Assembly: GCA_035547395.1 (NCBI GenBank)
Contig: DASZVA010000014.1
Span: 6,609 to 70,608, forward strand
Source: Candidatus Peribacteraceae bacterium
Lineage (GTDB): Bacteria; Patescibacteriota; Gracilibacteria; Peribacterales; Peribacteraceae
Direction: 5' to 3'
Length of the DNA: 64,000 nt
Part shown: positions 9,281 to 16,850 of the stretch, one piece after another
Layout of the letters: the number at the start of each line of letters is the position of its first letter
How positions within the stretch are numbered: position 1 is the stretch's first letter
The notes under the pieces: model-generated
What the model was told of the DNA's origin: nothing
Seen by the model: the letters and a program-made list of their open reading frames with translations, nothing else
Databases searched by the model: none
Made by a program: the position numbers and the translations under genes

Positions 9281-11833
9281 ATGAGACTTGAGGCTACGAA
9301 GAAGCAACCGCCGGGGTTACTGCTCTCCGCCGCAGCGCTGCTGATCTGCGCGCTGGGCGCCTACCTGCTCGCGACAAATATCGCGAAGGCACTCGCTGCA
9401 ACCACGGTCATCACACCCACAACAATGGACGGCTGGACATTGCAGCCGTCCGGTAACGCATCCGGCAGCCTGGTTACGGGACCGGCGACGCCTCCGGCGG
9501 GATCCGGAAGCATGCGGCTCTCCGTGGGACCGAACGGAAACGACGGCATTCAGCTGCGCAACACGTCGTTCTCCGGCACGAAGCTGACCGACCTGACGCA
9601 GCTGTCGTATTCCACCTACGTGACGCACAACAGCGGTTGTCAGGCGCCGTACATCGTCCTGGACGTGGACACCAATCACAACGGCACGCCGGACGATCTT
9701 CTGTTCTTTGAACCCTGCTACCAGAATGGCAGCTACACGGGTGCGACTGTTCCCAACCAGGGAAACGTCACGCTCAACACCTGGCAGCAGTGGAACGCGC
9801 TCACCGGCGGTTGGTGGTCGCTGAACGCGGGCAACGGCGGTCCGCCGCTCGTCACGCTCGCGCAGTACGCCGCGTCGCATAGCGGGGCCACCATCGTCAA
9901 TAGCGGCACCGGATCGCTCGGCGGGCTTCGCGTCGACGCCGGATTCGGCGCCCCGCCGTGGAACAACTTCGTCGGCAACGTCGACAACGTCACGGTCGGC
10001 GTCCGCGGACTCACGACGACCTACAATTTTGAGCCGACGGGCGTCACGGGCGGATCCTCAAGTTCGAGTTCCGTCTCCAGCATGAGCAGTTCGTCACTGA
10101 GCAGCTCATCGAATTCCAGCTCATCCGTTTCATCTTCATCGTCGAGCAGCAGCTCCGTCTCGTCTTCATCGCTCTCGAGTTCATCCGTGAGTTCGAGTTC
10201 AGTGTCGTCTTCGCTCCCGAGTTCCAGCTCAAGCACGTCCAGCAACATGTGCACGCCGAACGTCAGCAATGCGAATCTGCTCGGCTACTGGAAGTTTGAC
10301 GAGGGAAGCGGCACGACAGCCGTGGATTCGTCGGGAAACAATCATCCCGGCACGCTCGAAAACGGCGTCGTCCGGACAGGCAGCGGCGCGCCGCAAATCT
10401 CCCCCAATCCGCACGCACTCAGCTTCGACGGTACCAATGATCAGGTGCGCGTGAGCGGATCAGGAGGAACATTCAACTTCGGCAGCGGCACGTCGTTCAC
10501 CGTCTCCGCATTCGTAAAAACAACGAGTGGCAATAGATCGGTGCTCGGCAATTTCAACGGCAGCAGTCCGTATCGCGGCTGGGGACTCTATCTGTATTCC
10601 AGCAACCGCGTCGACTTCTTCGCCTACGGCAATCTGGGCATCAACGACGTCTCAATGCCGTCGAGTGTGAACCTGCTCGATAACAACTGGCACAACATCA
10701 CGGGCGTCTTCACACGCAGCGGCAACAACATCACGATCCGGTCATACGTCGACGGAACGCTGATCGGCACGTCCACCGCGACGGTCGGCAACATAGCATC
10801 AAACAGCGACCTGCTCTTCGGTCATTATCTGGGCCAGCCGAATTTCAGCGGCAGTCTGGATGACATCCGCGTCTACGCGCGCGCATTGAGCGCGAACGAA
10901 GTGCAGAGTCTGGCAGGCGGATGCCCGTCTAGTTCGAGCAGTTCGTCATCGGTCAGCAGCACGTCTTCCTCGTCATCGAGTTCGCTGTCATCGAGTAGTT
11001 CCTCGGTGTCCAGCAGCTCCTCGACCTCCAGCATCAGCGGCGGCATTCCGACTTGCGGCGGCCTCAACGCGACGATCTACGTCAACGCACAGGGTAGAGT
11101 CGTGGGCGGTCCCGATAACGGCATGTATTACGGAGGACTGCTCCTTGGTTCCAACGGCAATGACGTAATCGTCGGCACCATCGGACCGGACATGATCCTG
11201 GGCGGAAACGGAGATGACGTCATCTGTGGCGGAGGAGGAAACGACTTCATCAACGGCGGCAACGGAAATGACCGCATCGCCGGCGAAGCGGGCAACGACT
11301 ATATCGTGGGCAGCAACGGTCAGGATAGCGTGTGCGCAGGTGCGGGCAACGATGTGGTCTTCGCGGAAAACGGCAATGATCGCATTGACGGCGGCGGGGG
11401 GCAGGACATGCTCTTCGGAGGATTCGGTCAGGACCTCTGTGCGCGCGGCACGACCAATCTCAGCTGTGAACAGACGCAATCGACCGCGCTTCCCGAATGC
11501 AGCAGTTTGGTCTCGGGGATGAGCGGTTCCAATACCTCGGCGCCGTCTTCCAGCAGTCAGTCGTCGCAGAGCAGCAGTTCGCTCTCGAGCCAATCGAGCG
11601 CGTCGTCGCTCAGCAGCTCACCGAGCAGCACATCATCGGTGGCAAGCTCGCTGTCATCCATAAGTTCGTCGTCGAACAGCAGCGTTTTGAATTCTAGTTC
11701 GTCTCTCTCCGCATCGAGCGTTTCGAGCGGATCGTCGAACTCCAGCTTCAGCAGCAATGCATCGCTCAGCTCATCGGTTGCGAGCACAAGCAGCGCCTCG
11801 TCCGTGAGCAGCAGTTCAAGCGTCAGCTCATAA
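9281..11833 (+). CDS. large secreted protein: N-terminal domain, LamG/ConA-like lectin domain, RTX-type Ca-binding nonapeptide repeats and long poly-Ser linkers
   Basis: A signal/anchor helix is followed by LamG signatures (LLGYWKFDEGSGTTAVDSSGNNHPGTL...LSFDGTNDQVRV...GSLDDIRVYARALSANEV). A run of GGxGxD repeats follows (GGNGDDVICGGGGNDFINGGNGNDRIAGEAGNDYIVGSNGQD...). Confidence 0.75.
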   Translation: MRLEATKKQPPGLLLSAAALLICALGAYLLATNIAKALAATTVITPTTMDGWTLQPSGNASGSLVTGPATPPAGSGSMRLSVGPNGNDGIQLRNTSFSGTKLTDLTQLSYSTYVTHNSGCQAPYIVLDVDTNHNGTPDDLLFFEPCYQNGSYTGATVPNQGNVTLNTWQQWNALTGGWWSLNAGNGGPPLVTLAQYAASHSGATIVNSGTGSLGGLRVDAGFGAPPWNNFVGNVDNVTVGVRGLTTTYNFEPTGVTGGSSSSSSVSSMSSSSLSSSSNSSSSVSSSSSSSSSVSSSSLSSSSVSSSSVSSSLPSSSSSTSSNMCTPNVSNANLLGYWKFDEGSGTTAVDSSGNNHPGTLENGVVRTGSGAPQISPNPHALSFDGTNDQVRVSGSGGTFNFGSGTSFTVSAFVKTTSGNRSVLGNFNGSSPYRGWGLYLYSSNRVDFFAYGNLGINDVSMPSSVNLLDNNWHNITGVFTRSGNNITIRSYVDGTLIGTSTATVGNIASNSDLLFGHYLGQPNFSGSLDDIRVYARALSANEVQSLAGGCPSSSSSSSSVSSTSSSSSSSLSSSSSSVSSSSSTSSISGGIPTCGGLNATIYVNAQGRVVGGPDNGMYYGGLLLGSNGNDVIVGTIGPDMILGGNGDDVICGGGGNDFINGGNGNDRIAGEAGNDYIVGSNGQDSVCAGAGNDVVFAENGNDRIDGGGGQDMLFGGFGQDLCARGTTNLSCEQTQSTALPECSSLVSGMSGSNTSAPSSSSQSSQSSSSLSSQSSASSLSSSPSSTSSVASSLSSISSSSNSSVLNSSSSLSASSVSSGSSNSSFSSNASLSSSVASTSSASSVSSSSSVSS

Positions 11834-11900
11834 ACAACCCATACAAACGTGGGCATGAAGGGGGGCTTCGGCCCCTCTTTTGTGATGATCAAACGGAAGC

Positions 11901-12416
11901 TCAAGCGCGGGGATCCGTGTGCCGGAATTTGTGAGCGATCATTCTCTTGAGGGACAGCCAGTACATGTTCACCCGCTCCGTCGACTTGATGCGTATTTGC
12001 TTCAGCGGAAGCCGGAACAATTGCCGCAGCTTACGCCGGAGCATTCTCGCAAAACGCTCGCGCACCTCGGGATGCTCCGCAGCAAACGCATGCGAGTCTC
12101 CTCTCAAAAGAAGCATGTCATCGATCACGTGCAGCGTGCCGCCTCCGACTATCGGCGCCGCGGGATCTGCATCCGGATAGCACCGAAGAATCGCTTCATC
12201 CGGCATCGTGCAATCGGGCGCAACGAAGAGGGAATAAGCGGCGACGTCCTGCAGCTGTTCTTGAGTGCCGCTTCGTATGTGTGACACTGCGTCGCGGGCA
12301 ATGACGTACTCATGACCTTTCTGCAGAGTGTTCGGATCGAGGATATTCATTCCGGCAATGCGGAATTGCATCGATCCAATATCAGGAAAATCGCGATCGG
12401 TCCTTTCCATGTGCAC
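11901..12416 (-). CDS. hypothetical protein
   Basis: 171-aa ORF filling the gap between neighbouring genes. No motif was recognised. Confidence 0.45.
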   Translation of the reverse strand: MHMERTDRDFPDIGSMQFRIAGMNILDPNTLQKGHEYVIARDAVSHIRSGTQEQLQDVAAYSLFVAPDCTMPDEAILRCYPDADPAAPIVGGGTLHVIDDMLLLRGDSHAFAAEHPEVRERFARMLRRKLRQLFRLPLKQIRIKSTERVNMYWLSLKRMIAHKFRHTDPRA

Positions 12417-12504
12417 ATGCTCTCACCGTAGTCCCGATTGTCAATCATTCACGAATGACGATTCCGGCGGATTCTGAGAGAGTGCAAAAAACGGCATTTT
12501 CCTG

Positions 12505-12510
12505 TATAAT
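12505..12510 (+). promoter_or_regulatory. extended -10 (TGTATAAT) upstream of mgtA
   Basis: The sequence cctgTATAATaaaaggaaaaacacATG places the -10 hexamer 14 nt before the ATG, with an AAGGAAAA RBS-like tract between them. Confidence 0.45.
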
Positions 12511-12524
12511 AAAAGGAAAAACAC

Positions 12525-15092
12525 ATGCCCTCCACACCCCTGTCCCACACGGCCGCACGCTGCGAGGAATATGAGTCGTTCGCCCGGGCTGCGGAGGCGG
12601 GTTTGTATCGATCACTGCAATCGAGTGCGGACGGGTTGAAGGATGCCGAGGCAAGCAAACGATTCGCCGCAGTCGGTCCGAACGTGCTCGTGCACAAACG
12701 CGAGAAAAATATCGTGATTCAGTTTTTACTCCGATTTGCAAATCCGCTCGTCGCGGTGCTGCTCATCATCGCCGCGTTCTCCGTTTTCCTCGGCGACATC
12801 GCGAGCGCGATTTTGGTCTCGATCATGGCGATCGTGAGCGTGCTGATTTCCTTCACGCAGGAATACAAGGCCGGCAAGGAAGCGCAGAAGTTGAGCGACA
12901 TGGTGCGGACGACCGCATCCGTAAGACGCAACGGTGCAGTAAAAGAATTGCAGATGAAATTGGTCGTGCCCGGCGACATCGTGGAACTGAAAGCCGGCGA
13001 CATGATTCCGGCGGACATGCGCATTCTGGAATCGAAAGACCTCTTCGTGAATCAGGCGTCGTTCACCGGCGAATCGTATCCGGTCGAAAAATTTCCGGAT
13101 TCCGTGCTGACGACGACGTGTGAGTTGAATGAAATGACAAACATCGCGTTCATGGGTTCCAGCGTCGTGAGCGGATCCGCGCGCGGCATCGTGCTCACGA
13201 CCGGAGCAAACACGCAGTTCGGTGAAATCAGCAAGAGACTCAGTGAAATCACCGAAGTCTCCGGGTTCGATCGGGGCATTTCACGCCTCACCTGGATGAT
13301 GATCCAGTTCATGATCGCGCTCGTGCTCATCATCTTCGCGATCAACTGGCTCTTCCGCGCGAACTGGGTGGATGCATTGCTTTTTTCGCTCGCGGTCGCG
13401 GTCGGTTTGACGCCGGAAATGCTCCCGATGGTCGTCGCGCTCAATCTCGCGAAAGGCGCGATCGGCATGTCGAAGAAAAGCGTGATCGTGAAGAAACTCA
13501 ACTCCATGCAGAACTTCGGATCGATGGACGTGCTGTGCACGGATAAAACCGGCACGCTCACGCTCGATAAAATCGTGCTGGAAAAATTCTGCGACGTCGC
13601 GGGCAAGCAGAACGAATCGGTCCTGCAGTATGCGTATCTCAACAGTTTCTATCAGACGGGGATGAAGGACCTTCTGGATCGCACGATTTTGGATCACGAA
13701 CACACGGCGATGCACGGCTACAAGAAGATCGACGAAATTCCGTTCGATTTCTCGCGCAGGGTGATGTCGGTGATCGTCGAGATCGATCGGAAAAACCTGC
13801 TGATCTGCAAAGGCGCGCCGGAGGAAATCTACAAGCGTTGCACCCACTACGAACTCGATGGAAAAATCTATGACATCGATGCCGCGAAGCTCACGTTCCT
13901 CAAGAAGGAATACGATGAATTGAGCGCGCAGGGATTCCGCGTGCTCGGCGTCGCTTATAAAGAAACTCCGCCGACGCAATCAGCATATTCAAAAGACGAC
14001 GAAGGCAAGCTGATCCTCAAGGGCTATCTCGCGTTCCTCGATCCGCCGAAGACGACCGCGCTCGAGACGATCAATGCGCTGAGGAAGCTCGGCATCAGCG
14101 TGAAGGTGCTCACCGGCGACAACGCGCTGGTGACGAAAAAAATCTGCACCGAGGTCGGCCTCAACGTCGACAATATCCTTACGGGCGACGATCTGGAAAC
14201 GATGTCCGATGACGCGCTGCAGCAGTCCGTCCAGACGGTCACGGTCTTCGCGCGCCTCTCGCCGCTGCAGAAGGAACGCGTGATTCAGGCGCTGCATGCG
14301 ACCAGGCACGTCGTCGGGTATCTCGGCGACGGCATCAATGACGCGCCCGCTCTCAAGGCGGCCGACGTCGGCATCTCGGTGAACAACGCCGTCGACATCG
14401 CGAAGGAATCCGCGGACATCATTCTGCTCAAGAAAAGTTTGATCGTGCTGCGCGACGGCGTCGTGGAAGGCAGAAAAACATTCAGCAACATTCTGAAATA
14501 CATCCGCATGGGCACGAGCTCGAACCTCGGCAACATGTTCTCCATGACCGGCGCAAGCTTGTTCCTGCCGTACCTTCCGATGACGCCGATCCAAATCCTG
14601 CTCAATAACTTCCTCTATGATCTGTCGCAGCTTGCGATTCCGACGGACGAGGTGGATGAAGAGGCGATCGCGAAGCCGCATCAGTGGGACATGCCATCGA
14701 TTCGCAGATTTATGATCGTCTTCGGATCGATCAGTTCACTCTTCGACTTCCTCACGTTCTGGCTGCTTGTCTCCGTGTTCCACGCGACGGCCGACATCTT
14801 CCACACCGCATGGTTCGTGGAATCACTCACCACGCAGACGCTCGTGATCTATGTCATCCGAACACGCAAGATACCGTTCTTCCAGAGCCGTCCGAGCACG
14901 CTGCTGTTCGTCTCCACGATTCTGCTCACGCTCATCGGATTGATTCTGCCGTACTCAAAACTCGCAGCGGCACTGCAATTCGTCGCGCTCGGTCTGCCGT
15001 ACGTCGCGATGATCACCGGCATTCTGATCGCGTATCTGCTCGTGACGCAGGTCTGCAAAAAATACTTCATCAAGAAGTTCGGGTATCAGTAA
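12525..15092 (+). CDS. mgtA: Mg2+-importing P-type ATPase
   Basis: It has DKTGTLT, TGDN and GDGINDAPALK motifs. The MgtA-type C-terminal signature is LNNFLYDLSQLAIPTDEVDEEAIAKPHQWD. The protein is 855 aa with about 10 TM segments. Confidence 0.88.
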   Translation: MPSTPLSHTAARCEEYESFARAAEAGLYRSLQSSADGLKDAEASKRFAAVGPNVLVHKREKNIVIQFLLRFANPLVAVLLIIAAFSVFLGDIASAILVSIMAIVSVLISFTQEYKAGKEAQKLSDMVRTTASVRRNGAVKELQMKLVVPGDIVELKAGDMIPADMRILESKDLFVNQASFTGESYPVEKFPDSVLTTTCELNEMTNIAFMGSSVVSGSARGIVLTTGANTQFGEISKRLSEITEVSGFDRGISRLTWMMIQFMIALVLIIFAINWLFRANWVDALLFSLAVAVGLTPEMLPMVVALNLAKGAIGMSKKSVIVKKLNSMQNFGSMDVLCTDKTGTLTLDKIVLEKFCDVAGKQNESVLQYAYLNSFYQTGMKDLLDRTILDHEHTAMHGYKKIDEIPFDFSRRVMSVIVEIDRKNLLICKGAPEEIYKRCTHYELDGKIYDIDAAKLTFLKKEYDELSAQGFRVLGVAYKETPPTQSAYSKDDEGKLILKGYLAFLDPPKTTALETINALRKLGISVKVLTGDNALVTKKICTEVGLNVDNILTGDDLETMSDDALQQSVQTVTVFARLSPLQKERVIQALHATRHVVGYLGDGINDAPALKAADVGISVNNAVDIAKESADIILLKKSLIVLRDGVVEGRKTFSNILKYIRMGTSSNLGNMFSMTGASLFLPYLPMTPIQILLNNFLYDLSQLAIPTDEVDEEAIAKPHQWDMPSIRRFMIVFGSISSLFDFLTFWLLVSVFHATADIFHTAWFVESLTTQTLVIYVIRTRKIPFFQSRPSTLLFVSTILLTLIGLILPYSKLAAALQFVALGLPYVAMITGILIAYLLVTQVCKKYFIKKFGYQ

Positions 15093-15105
15093 ATAAACGA
15101 AGAAT

Positions 15106-15201
15106 GTGAAGATGGTGGCCCAGGCCGGCCCTTCGGCAAGCTCAGGATGACATTTTTTTTGATAATGGAGAACCGGCGACACCTCGCTCTTCAGGCGAGT
15201 G
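15106..15201 (-). pseudogene. 3'-half pseudo-copy of tRNA-Phe interrupted in the T-loop by a 42-bp insert
   Basis: Segments 15106-15128 and 15171-15201 repeat 15204-15227 and 15231-15262 of the true tRNA-Phe. The 5 nt GATCG of the T-loop is replaced by cccttcggcaagctcaggatgacattttttttgataatggag. Confidence 0.7.
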
Positions 15202-15210
15202 ATGTGAAGA

Positions 15211-15286
15211 TGGTGGCCCAGGCCGGGATCGAACCGGCGACACCTCGCTCTTCAGGCGAGTGCTCTACCAGCTGAGCTACCGGGCC
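15211..15286 (-). tRNA. tRNA-Phe (anticodon GAA), CCA encoded
   Basis: Reverse complement: GGCCCGG-TA-GCTC/AGCTGGTA/GAGC-A-CTCGC/CTGAAGA/GCGAG-GTGTC-GCCGG/TTCGATC/CCGGC-CTGGGCC-A-CCA. Confidence 0.93.
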
Positions 15287-15331
15287 ACGAATACAAGTGT
15301 AACAGACGTGATGATGAAATGATCCAAATTT

Positions 15332-15407
15332 TGGTGGAGCTGAAGGGACTTAAACCCTCGACCTCCGCAATGCGAATGCGGCGCTCTATCAGCTGAGCTA
15401 CAGCCCC
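15332..15407 (-). tRNA. tRNA-Ala (anticodon CGC), CCA encoded
   Basis: Reverse complement: GGGGCTG-TA-GCTC...CCGCA/TTCGCAT/TGCGG...GAGGG/TTTAAGT/CCCTT-CAGCTCC-A-CCA. The G3:U70 Ala identity pair is present. Confidence 0.9.
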
Positions 15408-15609
15408 AAAGGTGAATTGCCGATGAACAAGGAACGAAGTGACGCAGTGAATCGCAAGATCCTTTGTCCGGCGTAGCTTCAGCGAAGACGGACATTTGCG
15501 CAAGTATTCATGGTCAGCTGATCCGCCTGAAGCGAACCCAAAGTATGCGTATTGTAATGACTTACGATGAAAAATCTACCATATGCATTTTATAAAATTT
15601 GTTGAAAGA

Positions 15610-15639
15610 GGGCCCGCGTCGCAGAAGCGAGCGGGCCCA
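15610..15639 (-). terminator. GC-rich hairpin downstream of small ORF 15695-15784
   Basis: GGGCCCGCGTCGC-AGAA-GCGAGCGGGCCC is followed on the minus strand by a T-rich stretch. A second hairpin TGCCAGG-TGA-CCTGGCA lies at about 15645-15661. Confidence 0.5.
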
Positions 15640-15694
15640 ATAGTGCCAGGTGACCTGGCAGGATTACAACGTGCAACCGTGCGCCATGCTTTGG

Positions 15695-15784
15695 CTAGGT
15701 TGCCTTCTTCGCAGCGTCCGTCGTTTGGATGGCCTTCTTAGTACTGCCGAGGAACGACGCGCTTCGTAGAGGGTGGTTCAACAT
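15695..15784 (-). CDS. small basic ORF (29 aa) MLNHPLRSASFLGSTKKAIQTTDAAKKAT; could instead be part of an sRNA
   Basis: It has the RBS AGGAGG, a 4-nt spacer and an ATG. It is preceded by a ~60-nt leader paralogous to the one at 16144-16200 and followed by a hairpin terminator. Confidence 0.4.
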   Translation of the reverse strand: MLNHPLRSASFLGSTKKAIQTTDAAKKAT

Positions 15785-15849
15785 AGAACCTCCTTAACTG
15801 TAATGGGCTCATACCCACGGGATCCTCCCCCGTTTCGTGAGCTTACCGC

Positions 15850-15878
15850 CATTTTGTCCCGCATTTTTGACAAGTCAA
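15850..15878 (-). promoter_or_regulatory. putative sigma-70 promoter of small unit 1
   Basis: On the minus strand there is TTGACT (15878-15873), a 16-17 nt spacer and CAAAAT/AAAATG. The same TTGACTTG -35 box occurs upstream of unit 2. Confidence 0.4.
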
Positions 15879-15915
15879 GAGATCCATGAATTCCGATGCA
15901 AAAAGTTTATTCATG

Positions 15916-15953
15916 AAAAAACCGCCTGCCCCCCACGGAGAGGGACAGGACGG
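15916..15953 (-). terminator. rho-independent terminator of small unit 2
   Basis: On the minus strand, CCGTCCTGTCCC-TCTCCGT-GGGGGGCAGGCGG is followed by TTTTTT. Confidence 0.6.
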
Positions 15954-16062
15954 CTAGAATGCCAGCCGATCATGTGGTGCTGGCGAGGAACGGACTCACT
16001 CACTTTGGAACGTCGGATCACGTATCCTGATCATTTCTGCCTCGGTGGTGGGAGCACGGTCT

Positions 16063-16143
16063 TCAGTTGTTGTGGGCGCGACCATGGCGCCCGGCGGTCT
16101 TCCGTAACTTGCAACCACTACCCCTGTAACCGATGTAGGACAT
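16063..16143 (-). CDS. small very basic ORF (26 aa) MSYIGYRGSGCKLRKTAGRHGRAHNN; could instead be part of a ~270-nt sRNA
   Basis: It has the RBS GGGAGGA, a 4-nt spacer and an ATG. About 110 nt of untranslated sequence lie between the stop and the terminator at 15916-15953. Confidence 0.35.
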   Translation of the reverse strand: MSYIGYRGSGCKLRKTAGRHGRAHNN

Positions 16144-16210
16144 GATGTCCTCCCAAAGTGTAGGTCCAAACCCACGGGAACTCCTGTTCTCGTATCGTGG
16201 ACTTGTTGTC

Positions 16211-16240
16211 ATTATTCGCCGATTTCGATGCGCAAGTCAA
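16211..16240 (-). promoter_or_regulatory. putative sigma-70 promoter of small unit 2
   Basis: On the minus strand there is TTGACT (16240-16235), an 18-nt spacer and AATAAT (16216-16211). Confidence 0.4.
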
Positions 16241-16454
16241 TAGTCTATTTGAAACATCCCTCTTTACGATAAAGAGGGAAGGCTCGGAATACATGGATTG
16301 GGGGACATCCTTTCATAACTGGAGACACTCCGAGCTGCATCCACTCTGCGCTCAATCGATCGAAAAGAAAAGCAATCACATAGTAAGTGCCAACATTCTC
16401 CGTCGTCAGCAATACCACGAAAGCATGCTCTTTTATTCATTTTCCCCCACTTGT

Positions 16455-16592
16455 ATGGTCAAGAAAGACGACGGACAATCAACCAGCCGCGAATCAAGCC
16501 GCGATGCCGATATAGACGCTGCCATGGATCCGGATATCATTCATCCCGAAACCTCCTCTGAGGAAACACAGGGAAACGAAAATCAAGGATGA
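16455..16592 (+). CDS. small acidic ORF (45 aa) MVKKDDGQSTSRESSRDADIDAAMDPDIIHPETSSEETQGNENQG
   Basis: This is the 3' part of the 131-aa track ORF (16197-16592). At 138 nt it is identical in length to the next acidic ORF. No clear SD sequence is present. Confidence 0.3.
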   Translation: MVKKDDGQSTSRESSRDADIDAAMDPDIIHPETSSEETQGNENQG

Positions 16593-16703
16593 GACTGCCC
16601 CTCTTTCCAAAGATCGCAAAAAAGTTTTGTAAGCGAACGACATCTTCGCCGTCACTAAAACCCGCACACCTTCAGTGTTGTTACCACATTCTCATTTTTT
16701 CTT

Positions 16704-16841
16704 ATGGCAAAAACGACGGACATTGAAACAATGATCATGACGGACGGAGGAGACGATGACGATGACGGAGCAGAACCGATGGATATCGAAGACCCGCGCG
16801 ATCTCGACGATGAAGAAGACGATACGGATGACGAGCAGTAA
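16704..16841 (+). CDS. small highly acidic ORF (45 aa) MAKTTDIETMIMTDGGDDDDDGAEPMDIEDPRDLDDEEDDTDDEQ
   Basis: It runs from an ATG to a TAA over 138 nt and is not in the track because it is shorter than 60 aa. It lies in an otherwise unassigned gap before obg. Confidence 0.35.
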   Translation: MAKTTDIETMIMTDGGDDDDDGAEPMDIEDPRDLDDEEDDTDDEQ

Positions 16842-16850
16842 TCCGAGACA

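Noticed and set aside
10021-10269. Acidic 'ELE/DEL' repeat ORFs antisense to the LamG/RTX gene (10021-10269, 10873-11067, 11557-11904).
   Set aside because: They are the reverse complement of the poly-Ser linker codons (AGC/TCG/TCA, read as GCT/CGA/TGA-free frames). They occur exactly where the sense protein has SSSSS tracts.
12417-12524. Possible Mg2+ (M-box/ykoK) riboswitch upstream of mgtA.
   Set aside because: The intergenic region is only ~108 nt and a good extended -10 sits 14 nt before the ATG. That leaves no room for a ~160-nt M-box, and no M-box-like conserved helices were recognised.
16197-16454. The full 131-aa ORF 16197-16592 as a single gene.
   Set aside because: Its GTG start and first ~85 codons overlap the promoter/leader of the minus-strand small unit and show no motif. 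Only the 3' 45-codon part mirrors the neighbouring acidic ORF. It is kept as a possibility, but the shorter reading is preferred.
15440-16850. A gene-poor 1.4-kb stretch checked for tmRNA, RNase P RNA, SRP/4.5S RNA and 6S RNA.
   Set aside because: None of the hallmark motifs I know were seen: no GAGGAAAGTCC-type RNase P core, no tRNA-like GGTTCGA(A/T)TCC...CCA 3' end for tmRNA, and no SRP GGAA/AGCA domain IV motif. An Infernal/Rfam scan is still needed.
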